64,000 nucleotides of DNA from an uncultured Bacilli bacterium (GTDB taxonomy: Bacteria; Bacillota_I; Bacilli_A; RF39; UBA660), in contig CAKOOC010000002.1 of NCBI GenBank assembly GCA_934098375.1, positions 26,383 through 90,382 of the forward strand, given 5' to 3'. Shown here piece by piece: positions 23,432 to 32,715 of this stretch; position 1 is the first letter of the stretch; each line of letters opens with the position of its first letter. Both the position numbers and the translations under genes were made by a program. The notes beneath the pieces were generated by a model. That model worked only from the letters and a program-made list of their open reading frames with translations, had not been told where the DNA came from and made no database searches.

Positions 23432-24281
23432 TATTAAAGAAAAATTAAAAAAAGAATTTGCTAAAGGGAAGAAATTTTTAAAAAATGTTTGGGAAATACT
23501 TAATTTACCAGAAATGGGGGTTTTACCTGGTGAATTAGCATTTTCCATTATTTTATCATTAGTACCTATCATAACCTTAATTGGTTATGGCGCATCTTAC
23601 TTTAACATTTCTATGGACTCAATTATTGACTTATTACAAAAGAATTTTGACAAAAGTGTAGTTGAACTTATCGTGCCCATAATTGGTGGAAACACTTTAG
23701 ATTTAAAACTAATATGGCTTTTAATTGTTATGTTTTACTTTGCATCCAGTGGTGCTGCATCGGTAATTTTTTCAGCTAATCAAATATATCATATAGAACA
23801 GTCAACTTGGATTAAAAGAAGAATTAAAGCCTTGATGTTAACTTTACTTATAGTAGTTCTTTATTTATTCATATTACTAGTACCAGTCTTTGGGGCCAAA
23901 ATTATCGACGCCATAGACTACTTCAACATCAAATCTGTAATGACTTATGTACTAGAAGTAGTGCAAGGACCTATTTCTTGGTTAATTATATTCTTATTTA
24001 TTAAAATGATATTTACTATTGCTCCTGATAAAAGCATCCCATCATCAAGAATAAACTTAGGCGCCATATTTACTACCATTGGCTGGGTTTTAACCACTGA
24101 TATTTATAGTTACTATGTATCTCATTTTGCTCAGTACGATTTATTCTACGCAGGACTATCAAATATTGCCGTATTAATGCTTTGGATATACTTTTTAAGT
24201 TATATCATGGTAATCGGCCTTGCTCTTACTACCAAAATAGATGATGAAGAAATGGCAAAAACAGGTTCTATAAATATTTAA
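23415..24281 (+). CDS. YihY/BrkB-family membrane protein
   Basis: It has a YihY-like N-terminal pattern (LPGELAFSIILSLVPIITLIGY) and about six TM helices. Confidence 0.55.
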   Translation: MKKKINIKEKLKKEFAKGKKFLKNVWEILNLPEMGVLPGELAFSIILSLVPIITLIGYGASYFNISMDSIIDLLQKNFDKSVVELIVPIIGGNTLDLKLIWLLIVMFYFASSGAASVIFSANQIYHIEQSTWIKRRIKALMLTLLIVVLYLFILLVPVFGAKIIDAIDYFNIKSVMTYVLEVVQGPISWLIIFLFIKMIFTIAPDKSIPSSRINLGAIFTTIGWVLTTDIYSYYVSHFAQYDLFYAGLSNIAVLMLWIYFLSYIMVIGLALTTKIDDEEMAKTGSINI

Positions 24282-24390
24282 TAAACGTAAATAATAGTAA
24301 TGTACACACGAGTATTACTTAGTGTACTTTAAAAATCACGATATCAATCTAGTATCATGTGTACTAACGCTATTGTGGAGTAATATTTGA

Positions 24391-24417
24391 GAAGTTTAAA
24401 TTTTAAACTTCTTTTTA
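24391..24417 (+). terminator. intrinsic terminator
   Basis: Perfect palindrome gaagtttaaa/tttaaacttc followed by T5. Confidence 0.55.
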
Positions 24418-24540
24418 ATTTCAAAAAAATACACAAGCGAGCAATAAATATCTAAAAAAGCTAATTATTTAAAAGGCTACAAATAACCTTAATTACTAAA
24501 TATTGACTCTATTAAAGATAGTACTTTATCCTTCCTTTCT

Positions 24541-24777
24541 ATGATAAAGAAAATGATAATGCTTATAATCTTCTTTGCTATTTTATTTGGCGCCATTATA
24601 ATATATAATATTGGTATACTATCATTTAATGAAAAAGAATTAAAATTTGCTACTTTAAAAGTTTTAGATTTTAAAAATAAACAAATTAAGAAAATTTTCA
24701 TTAAACAAAACATCTGGATTACATTTATATCAATTTTAATTGGCATTCCAAGTGGTTTATTGCAAAAAAATAAATAA
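24541..24777 (+). pseudogene. remnant of an FtsX-type ABC permease (C-terminal ~75 aa only)
   Basis: ELKFATLKVLDFKNKQIKKIFIKQNIWITFISILIGIP aligns to the C-terminus of the ABC-FtsX fusion protein at 48426-50315 (IGILKSIGYKNRHIKKIFICESNIICLFSFFISIT). No upstream permease or ATPase portion is present. Confidence 0.5.
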
Positions 24778-24813
24778 AATTGATATGGTTTCCAGTTTGA
24801 AAGGAAACGAATA

Positions 24814-26841
24814 ATGAAAAAATATAAATATAATATTAATAATTTAGACTGTGCTAATTGTGCTAGAAAAATAGAAGAATCTTTAAATAAAAATGCTGAT
24901 TTTAAAAATGTGTCTATAAATTTTAATACATCTAAGTTAATTTATGAATCAGAAAAAGACATGACTCTAAAAGAATTAAATGCCTTAGTTAAAAAAGTTG
25001 AGCCAGATGCTTATATTACTAATGAGGAAATTCCTGTAAAAAAAGAATATAATCTAACTATATTTATATCAGCTCTTATTTTAGGAACCACCACTTATTT
25101 TCTAAATCTTCCTTCAGTTATTAAATATATATTATATATTATTTCTTATGCTCTTCTTTTATATCGCACTACCATTAATGCTATTAAGTTGCTTATAAAA
25201 AGTCATACTATTAATGAAAATGCTCTTATTACTATTTCTTGTTTCGGTGCTTTGCTTTTAGGCGAGGTGCTAGAAGGTATTATGGTTATTGCTTTATACA
25301 CTATTGGTAAGATGCTTGAAGAAAAAGCTATTAACACTACTAGAAAATCCATTAAAAATCTTATAGATCTTAAAAGTCCTTATGCACTTCGTGAAGAAAA
25401 AAATGGTATTAAAAAGATTGACTTAGAAAACATTAAAGTAGGCGATATTTTAATTATCAAAAAAGGTGAAAAAATTCCTACGGACGGCATTATTGTTAAA
25501 GGTGAAACTAAATTAGACACCTCGGCCTTAACTGGCGAGTCCGAAGATTTTGTAGCAAAAGAAAATGATTCTGTATTATCTGGGTGTTTAAATTTAGAAA
25601 ATGTTATAGAAATAAAAGCCATTAGCAAATTTGAAAATTCTACTGTTTCAAAAATCTTAGATTTACTAGAAAGTGCAACAGACAAAAAGACTAAAACAGA
25701 GACAACCGTTTCTAAAATAAGCAAAATCTATACACCTATAGTTATGATTTTAGCATTTCTAGTTGGCGCTTTCCTTCCTTTATTATTCGATATAAATTAT
25801 TCTGAAAGTATATATCGTGCTTTAACTTTCTTAGTTATTTCTTGTCCTTGTGCGATTGCCATCTCTGTTCCTTTATCTTACTTTACCGCGATTGGTGCAT
25901 CTAGTAAGTCCGGTATTTTAGTAAAAGGAAGTAATTATTTAGAAAGCCTAAGTGAGCTAGATAACATTATATTTGATAAAACCGGTACTCTTACAAATGG
26001 ATCATTTACTGTAACTAATATAAAAATATATGATAAAAATTATTCTAAAGAAGAAATTATAAATATTCTAGTAAAAGGAGAATCTTTATCAAGTCACCCA
26101 ATCGCTCAGTCAATAGTCAAATTAACAAGCAAAAAGATTTCCAATAAAGATGTTAAAGACTTTAAAGAGATAGAAGGTAATGGTATTACTTTTACAATAA
26201 AGAAAAAAGAAATTAAAATTGGAAATAAAAATTTATGCCACTGTTTAAAAGATGAAGGACTTCATTTAAGTATTGATGGTAACCATGTTGCATCAATTAT
26301 TATATCTGATGGCATTAAAGATGGTGCTTACGAAACTATTAAAGCTTTAAAAGATATGAATATTAAAACATATATGTTTACTGGTGATAAAAAAGAAATT
26401 GCTTTATCTATTTCTGAAAAATTAAATATTGATGAAGTAAAATACGAAATGTTACCAACCGATAAATTTCAAGAATATGAAAAAGTAGCAAATAATAAAA
26501 TTACGGCATTTGTAGGTGATGGTATCAATGATGCTCCGGTTTTAAAAAGAGCTGATATTGGTATTTCCATGGGTATGAATGGTTCTGACAGTGCTATTGA
26601 AGCCTCTGATATTGTCCTCATGAAAGATGACCTTACTAAACTTGTTCAAGCTATAAATATTTCTAAATTTACTAAAAAGATAATTATTCAAAATTTGATA
26701 TTTGCTTTATCTGTAAAAGTAATTATTTTAATTTTATCTATTTTGGGATTTGCCAATATGTGGTTTGCAGTTTTCGCTGATACTGGCGTAACATTATTAA
26801 CCATTTTAAATGCTTTGCAAATTTTAAAAAAGAAATATTAA
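24814..26841 (+). CDS. heavy-metal (Zn/Cd-type, P1B) translocating P-type ATPase
   Basis: It has an N-terminal HMA domain with CANC, a TM6 CPC (SCPCAIAIS), DKTGTLT and GDGINDAP motifs, and a C-terminal TM DTG motif of the Zn/Cd class. Confidence 0.8.
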   Translation: MKKYKYNINNLDCANCARKIEESLNKNADFKNVSINFNTSKLIYESEKDMTLKELNALVKKVEPDAYITNEEIPVKKEYNLTIFISALILGTTTYFLNLPSVIKYILYIISYALLLYRTTINAIKLLIKSHTINENALITISCFGALLLGEVLEGIMVIALYTIGKMLEEKAINTTRKSIKNLIDLKSPYALREEKNGIKKIDLENIKVGDILIIKKGEKIPTDGIIVKGETKLDTSALTGESEDFVAKENDSVLSGCLNLENVIEIKAISKFENSTVSKILDLLESATDKKTKTETTVSKISKIYTPIVMILAFLVGAFLPLLFDINYSESIYRALTFLVISCPCAIAISVPLSYFTAIGASSKSGILVKGSNYLESLSELDNIIFDKTGTLTNGSFTVTNIKIYDKNYSKEEIINILVKGESLSSHPIAQSIVKLTSKKISNKDVKDFKEIEGNGITFTIKKKEIKIGNKNLCHCLKDEGLHLSIDGNHVASIIISDGIKDGAYETIKALKDMNIKTYMFTGDKKEIALSISEKLNIDEVKYEMLPTDKFQEYEKVANNKITAFVGDGINDAPVLKRADIGISMGMNGSDSAIEASDIVLMKDDLTKLVQAINISKFTKKIIIQNLIFALSVKVIILILSILGFANMWFAVFADTGVTLLTILNALQILKKKY

Positions 26842-27021
26842 AATAATTAAGGAAATGCACATTTTTGTGCTTTTTTCTTTGCAATAATATTATAAAAAAA
26901 TATAATATAAACATACTGACAAAAAATAAGTCCAAGTTTATGATAATCAATAAGCCAAAAATATTGAAATAAAATCAAGTTTTGAATTTTTTCTTACAAA
27001 TAAATAAAGAACAGGAGGAGT

Positions 27022-27180
27022 GTATGAACAAAATTAAAAATTATAATAAAACAGTATTTGAAGAGATTGAACCCATTGATGATAATGATAATTAATATTG
27101 GCATGCTAGAGAATCGCAAAATGCTTTAGAGTATAAAAAATGGCAAAAATTTATAAATGTGATTGAAAATACCAAAAATT
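27022..27180 (+). pseudogene. DinD-like (DNA-damage-inducible protein D family) N-terminal fragment with in-frame stop
   Basis: An AGGAGG RBS precedes it. It reads MNKIKNYNKTVFEEIEPIDDNDN, then TAA, then YWHARESQNALEYKKWQKFINVIENTKN, then a stop. This matches the DinD N-terminal signature (...YWSAREL...GY..W..F..VI.RA...C) and the rest of the gene is missing. Confidence 0.4.
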
Positions 27181-27253
27181 AAAGAATTAAAGCATAAATG
27201 TTATAAACAATGCAATTTAATCTATAAAAAATAAAAAATAAATTAAAAAACTT

Positions 27254-27283
27254 AATTTAAATGCTTGACACGTTCAAAAACGA
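27254..27283 (+). promoter_or_regulatory. sigma-A type promoter of the ABC importer operon
   Basis: TTGACA, a 17-nt spacer, then TAATAT. Confidence 0.5.
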
Positions 27284-27324
27284 GTAGTAATATTGTAAAT
27301 ATGAACATTAAAGGAGGATTTAAA

Positions 27325-28299
27325 ATGAAGAAAATGTTTACAATAGTAATGATAGTATTATTATTAACTTTAACCGGTTGCGGTAAAAAAGATAGTAATA
27401 GTATTGTTATTTACTCAAGCGCCGAAGAAGAAAGGAATACTGAATTAAAAAAACAACTTGCTGAAAAATTTCCTGATTTAGATATTACAGTACAACATTT
27501 ATCTACAGGAAATAATGCTGCTAAAATCAAAGCTGAAAAAACTGATGTTGAAGCAGATATTATTTTAGGTTTAGAAACATCTCAAATGGAGGGATTAACT
27601 GATAATTTTGCAGATTTAAGCTATTATGATGATTCATACTATGTTGATAATATCAATCCTAAACATAAAAAATTCTTAATTTATGAAAAATATACAGCAT
27701 CCATTATTATTGATAAAACATATTTTAAGAAAAAGAAATGGGACGCTCCAAAATCATATGATGATTTACTTGATTCAAAATACAAAGGATTAATTGCTAT
27801 GCCAGATCCTAAAACATCTGGAACTGGATATATGTATTACTTAAATATAGTAAACCTTAAAGGTGAAGATGGTGCCTTAAAATATTTTGATAAGTTATCT
27901 AAAAATATTAAACAATTTACTACATCAGGTTCTGGTCCTATTAGTTTACTAAAACAAGGTGAAATTGCTATTGCAATGGGAATGACTTACCAAGGTGCTG
28001 CTGAAATAACTAATGGTGCTAATTATGAAATCATTGAGTTAGATACCAAAACACCATATAATACAACTTCATCTGCAATAATTAAAGGTAGAGAAGAAAA
28101 AGCAAATGTTAAAGAAGTATTTGAATTTATTATGAAAGACTTTTCAAAATATGATAAAGAACATTTTGTACCAGGGAAGATTTTAAAAGAACAAGAATCA
28201 AAAATTCCTAATTATCCAACAAATTTAAAAGATGCAGATATGACAGGAATTAATGATATTGAGTTAAAAAATAAATTAATTAGTAAATGGAAGTTTTAA
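27325..28299 (+). CDS. ABC transporter substrate-binding lipoprotein (Fe3+/spermidine/thiamine/2-aminoethylphosphonate-type family)
   Basis: The lipobox is LLTLTGC. ATG 27325 follows AAGGAGG. The periplasmic binding fold pattern includes DPKTSGTG. Confidence 0.7.
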   Translation: MKKMFTIVMIVLLLTLTGCGKKDSNSIVIYSSAEEERNTELKKQLAEKFPDLDITVQHLSTGNNAAKIKAEKTDVEADIILGLETSQMEGLTDNFADLSYYDDSYYVDNINPKHKKFLIYEKYTASIIIDKTYFKKKKWDAPKSYDDLLDSKYKGLIAMPDPKTSGTGYMYYLNIVNLKGEDGALKYFDKLSKNIKQFTTSGSGPISLLKQGEIAIAMGMTYQGAAEITNGANYEIIELDTKTPYNTTSSAIIKGREEKANVKEVFEFIMKDFSKYDKEHFVPGKILKEQESKIPNYPTNLKDADMTGINDIELKNKLISKWKF

Positions 28300-28300
28300 T

Positions 28301-29065
28301 ATGACAAAAGATTTAGAAGTTAAAAACCTATGCAAAAAATTCGGCGACAAAGAAATATTGAAAAATATTTCTTTTGATGTTTATGACGGCGAATTTTTAT
28401 CAATCTTAGGCGCATCTGGTTGCGGAAAAACAACGCTGCTAAGAATTTTAATTGGCATCGAAAAACCTGATTCGGGAAAAATTATCAGAAATGGCAAAAA
28501 CATCGTTAAGGCTAATCCATCTGAAAGAGGAATGGGAATAGTATTTCAAAACTATGCTTTGTTTCCTAACATGACTATCCTTGAAAATGTTGCATATCCA
28601 TTAAAAATAAAAAAAGCAACTAAAAAAGATGCTAAAAAAATTGCTTTAGATACTTTAGAAAAAGTCGGTTTAAGTGATCAAATTAATAAGTATCCGAGTG
28701 AATTATCTGGCGGTCAACAACAAAGAGTTGCCATCGCAAGAACGCTAGCTTTAAATTCAGATATTATATTATTTGATGAACCTATGTCAGCCCTTGATGC
28801 TGACAACCGATTAAAACTACGTAAAGAATTTAAAGAAATTCAAAAGAAATTTAATATAACAATGATTTATATTACTCATGATCAAGAAGAAGCCTTCTCA
28901 TTATCTGATAGAGTAATGGTAATGAAAGACGGAAAAATTGAACAAATTGATACCCCAAATAAAGTATTTAATGAACCAAAAACAGAATATGTTAAAAATT
29001 TTGTGACACAACATTTAATTGATAAAGTATCATCAATAGAAAAGTGTACAGGAATAGATTTATAA
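28301..29065 (+). CDS. ABC transporter ATP-binding protein
   Basis: Walker A GASGCGKTT, signature LSGGQQQRV and Walker B ILFDEP. It is a short form without a C-terminal regulatory domain. Confidence 0.8.
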   Translation: MTKDLEVKNLCKKFGDKEILKNISFDVYDGEFLSILGASGCGKTTLLRILIGIEKPDSGKIIRNGKNIVKANPSERGMGIVFQNYALFPNMTILENVAYPLKIKKATKKDAKKIALDTLEKVGLSDQINKYPSELSGGQQQRVAIARTLALNSDIILFDEPMSALDADNRLKLRKEFKEIQKKFNITMIYITHDQEEAFSLSDRVMVMKDGKIEQIDTPNKVFNEPKTEYVKNFVTQHLIDKVSSIEKCTGIDL

Positions 29066-30651
29066 TGAAAAAAAGAAATATATACATTTTTTTAATACTA
29101 TTATTATTTTTCACAGTATCAATTATATATCCAATACTTTCTTTGTCACAAAATTTAGATTCAACCGCTTTTGAAGCATTGATGAAATCATCTCAGTTGA
29201 AAGAGGCTATAACTAATTCTTTAAAAGTAACAACTCTTGCAACTATTATTTCCATTTCCATATCATATTTACTTGCCTATACAATTAGTAGAACTAATAT
29301 AAAACATAAAGTTTTAATATCTGTATTACTAACTTTGCCTATGTTAATCCCTTCTATATCACATGGCTTAGGTATTATTAACTTATTTGGTCAAAATGGC
29401 ATAATAACTAATATATTAAAATTAGATTTTAACATTTTAGGATTTAACGGAATACTATTAGGATCAATTTTATATTCCTTTCCTGTATCATTTTTAATGT
29501 TTATTGATGCTTTCAATTATGTTGATAATTCGATGTATGAAACTGCTAAAGTTTTAGGACTATCAAAATTTCAAACTTTCTCTAAAGTAACTTTTTATTA
29601 TATGAAAAGACCACTTTTATCTGCTATATTTGCAGTCTTTACTCTAATCATTACTGATTACGGAGTTCCTCTAGCTGTAGGTGGAAGATACACAACATTG
29701 CCATTATTCCTCTATAGAGAAGTAATCGGGTTATTAGATTTTTCAAAAGGAACATATATAAGTATGTTCTTGCTAACACCAGCTTTAATATCATTTATTA
29801 TAGACATAGTAGTTAAAGATAGAGATACTAATAATTTCGTAAAAAAAGAATATGTAATAGAAAATAATAAATTTCACATTTTGCTAAAAGGATTTACTTA
29901 TTTTATCCTATTATTCTTAGCTGTTTTATTTGGATCATTTTTATACTTATCCATAGTAAGTAAATATCCATACGATACATCATTTTCTTTAAAACATTTT
30001 GATTATGTTATAAATAAAGGCGCAGTTGATATTTTAATAAATTCTTTAATTATTTCTGTATTAACAGCCCTTATAGGTACTATAGTTGCTTATATTTCTG
30101 CCTACATTGTAAGTAGATCTAATATTAAAATTAAAAAAGTCTTGCACATTCTTATTACAATTACTCTAGCAGTTCCTGGTATTGTATTAGGACTTGCATA
30201 CATGATTGCGTTTAAAAATACTTTTATATACCGTACATTTTCAATATTAATAATGGTTAATATCACCCATTTTATTGCCTCTCCATACTTAATGGCATAT
30301 AATGCTCTGTCAAAAATAAATAAAAATTATGAAGATGTTGGAAGCACTTGTGGTATTAGTGGTTTTAGAATTTTAAAAGATGTTATTATTCCTAATTCTG
30401 TAGATACCATCTTAGAAATGATAAGTTATTTCTTTATTAACTCTATGATAACAATATCCGCGGTAACATTCCTATTTGGTACAAAAACAATGCCTTTATC
30501 ATTATTAATTAATCAATATGAAGGTCAAATGATGTTAGAAGAAGCCGCTATAATTTCACTTATAATTCTAATAATCAATTTTACCGTAAAACTAGCAATA
30601 TACTTAATTAAAAGAAAAAGATATAATAATAAAAGAGGTGTAACATGTTAA
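29065..30651 (+). CDS. ABC transporter permease with two fused permease domains (FbpB/ThiP/PhnU-V-like architecture)
   Basis: The ~527-aa product has ~12 TM helices and an internal duplication. Its ATG overlaps the upstream stop by 1 nt. Confidence 0.7.
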   Translation: MKKRNIYIFLILLLFFTVSIIYPILSLSQNLDSTAFEALMKSSQLKEAITNSLKVTTLATIISISISYLLAYTISRTNIKHKVLISVLLTLPMLIPSISHGLGIINLFGQNGIITNILKLDFNILGFNGILLGSILYSFPVSFLMFIDAFNYVDNSMYETAKVLGLSKFQTFSKVTFYYMKRPLLSAIFAVFTLIITDYGVPLAVGGRYTTLPLFLYREVIGLLDFSKGTYISMFLLTPALISFIIDIVVKDRDTNNFVKKEYVIENNKFHILLKGFTYFILLFLAVLFGSFLYLSIVSKYPYDTSFSLKHFDYVINKGAVDILINSLIISVLTALIGTIVAYISAYIVSRSNIKIKKVLHILITITLAVPGIVLGLAYMIAFKNTFIYRTFSILIMVNITHFIASPYLMAYNALSKINKNYEDVGSTCGISGFRILKDVIIPNSVDTILEMISYFFINSMITISAVTFLFGTKTMPLSLLINQYEGQMMLEEAAIISLIILIINFTVKLAIYLIKRKRYNNKRGVTC

Positions 30652-31547
30652 GTAAAAATCAATTTGAAGTTTTGGTTTACATTGAAAGTAAACAAAATGA
30701 AAAAATATCTCAAAGAGAGATAAGTTCTAATATAAATATTTCCTTAGGTACAGTTAATAAAATAATGTCAGAATTAATGCAAGTTGGTTTAATTGTTCAA
30801 AAAGACCAGTTTATTCACATAACTACTAAAGGTTATGATATATTAAAACCATATAAAGTAAAAAGAGCAATTTTTTTAGCCGCCGGCTTTGGTTCTAGAC
30901 TAGTTCCCATAACTTTAAATACACCAAAACCATTAGTATTAGTAAAAGGCAAAAGAATAATTGAAACGCTTTTAGATGCCGTAGTCGCTGCCGATATAGA
31001 AGAAATAATAATTGTAACTGGTTATTTAAATGAACAATTTGAAGTTTTAAAAAAGAAATATCCTAATATTAAATTAATAATAAATGATATGTATAATGAA
31101 GCAAATAACATTTCTAGTGCATATTTAGTAAGAGATTTAATTAAAAACGCTTACGTTCTAGAATCTGATTTATATTTATATAACCCTAAATTAATTAGAA
31201 AATATGAATATCATAGTAATTTTTTAGGTTACTATGTTGATCGAAGTGACGATTGGTGTATTGAAACCAAAAATGGCATCATCGTAAAAGAAAAAATTGG
31301 TGGTGAAAACTGCTATCAAATGGTCGGAATTTCTTATTATGATGAAGAAGATGGTAAGAAAATAGAAAAAGACATGAAAGATGTTTTTGAATCCCCTGGT
31401 GGCAAAGAAAAATATTGGGAGCAAGTTATATTAGATGTATGCAAAAAACACTATAATATTTACATAAGAGAATGCCATAAAGAAGACATTATCGAAATAG
31501 ATACATTTAATGAACTAAAAGCCATAGATAAAACCTATGATGTTTAA
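30645..31547 (+). CDS. winged-HTH + LicC-family nucleotidyltransferase (CTP:phospho-alcohol/phosphonate cytidylyltransferase-like)
   Basis: The N-terminal ~70 aa form a wHTH. The NTP_transferase G-loop is AIFLAAGFGSRLVPITLNTPKPLV, and the overall size matches LicC. Confidence 0.65.
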   Translation: MLSKNQFEVLVYIESKQNEKISQREISSNINISLGTVNKIMSELMQVGLIVQKDQFIHITTKGYDILKPYKVKRAIFLAAGFGSRLVPITLNTPKPLVLVKGKRIIETLLDAVVAADIEEIIIVTGYLNEQFEVLKKKYPNIKLIINDMYNEANNISSAYLVRDLIKNAYVLESDLYLYNPKLIRKYEYHSNFLGYYVDRSDDWCIETKNGIIVKEKIGGENCYQMVGISYYDEEDGKKIEKDMKDVFESPGGKEKYWEQVILDVCKKHYNIYIRECHKEDIIEIDTFNELKAIDKTYDV

Positions 31548-32515
31548 TAATAAAATACATTCTTAAAATTTGAATGTATTTTATTGTTTAAAGAAAACAC
31601 CCAGATAGTCTGGGGGTTCGGTCTATCTTTTAAAATCAGTTTCCAGTACCTTTTCACTTTATTATAAATTGTTTTATTACTTTTCATAGTTTTAATTCTT
31701 GTTTTATTAAGAGCCCTAGATATTAATTGAACTAAATGAAAAGTATCTATGATTATTTGAGCATTGGGAAACATTTTTTTAATTAAGGAAACATATGGAG
31801 AATACATATCAATAACAATGAATTTTACTGATTTTCTAGCATTAAAAGAGTAATAACCAAAATATCTTAATAAACCTAATAATCTTCTATCTTCAACAAT
31901 GTCAATAGTTTGGCCAGTTTCGCCGTTGCACATATGAAAACTCATCGCACCGTCAGCAGACTTAACAGATTTAAATTCATCAAAAGATAAGACTTTCGGT
32001 AAATAATTTTTATAAAGTTTTTGATTGTCAAAGTAAGAATCCATAACTCTTTCCACTGTATTGGGAGAAACATTGTTATTTCTAGCAATGTCTTTCTCTG
32101 AAATCTTATTTCTTAGTTCATTGGCTATTTTCCATTTAGTATTTTTAGATATAAAGCAGCCATAATCAGTAACCTTATCTCTTAAAGTGAAGGTCTTACC
32201 ACAATGTTTGCAGAGATATCTTTGTTTTTTTAGTCTAAGAATAGTCTTAAAACCAGCAACATCGGGTATTTTAATATTTGATGTTATAAAACCATGATTC
32301 TCAAATTTATTATCAAACACAACACCACATTTTTCACAACAAGTAGGTTTATAAGTTAGAGTTCCTTCAAATACTTTATAATAAATACCTTTAATTTTTT
32401 CTTTATGATAACAATTTTCGCAAAATTTAATATTATTATCTTTCAATTCTAGCAATTCTATCATATAATTTAATTCAGACATATAAGTAACCTTCTTTCG
32501 TGTTTGTTTAGTCAC
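31544..32515 (-). mobile_element. ISL3-family transposase, 3'-truncated remnant
   Basis: An N-terminal Zn-finger (CENC...C..C, CKHCGK), an HTH and the DDE region are present (VIDMYSPYVSLIKKMFPNAQIIIDTFHLVQLISRALNKTRIK; RYWKLIL). Only ~320 of the ~430 aa typical of ISL3 survive. The ORF tail runs into the licC terminator. Confidence 0.65.
31554..31585 (+). terminator. intrinsic terminator after the licC-like gene
   Basis: Hairpin aatacattc-ttaaaattt-gaatgtatt followed by a T-run. Confidence 0.5.
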
Positions 32516-32715
32516 TTACATTGTATCAAGGTTAAACTTATATGTCTTTTATTATAAAAAAGTTATATAATGTTTTACACATTACACACACTAAAAATTA
32601 TACAACCTTTTTCTTTAAATAATACGCTTTAAATAATATGTAAATAATGCAGATATTGTAAATTTACTTATATACTCATATATGTTATAATTTTGAAAGA
32701 ATGAGTGGTAATTAT

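Noticed and set aside
24489-24746. Minus-strand 85-aa ORF
   Set aside because: It overlaps the plus-strand FtsX-remnant frame, which has clear homology to the C-terminus of the 48426 gene. The minus ORF is low-complexity.
31600-31620. Hairpin cccaga-tagt-tctggg as an IS end or terminator
   Set aside because: It lies inside the residual transposase reading frame and has no T-run, so it is probably fortuitous.
32516-32700. Terminal inverted repeat of the ISL3 element
   Set aside because: I could not identify a convincing IR pair by eye. The 3' end of the element is deleted, so only one end could exist anyway.
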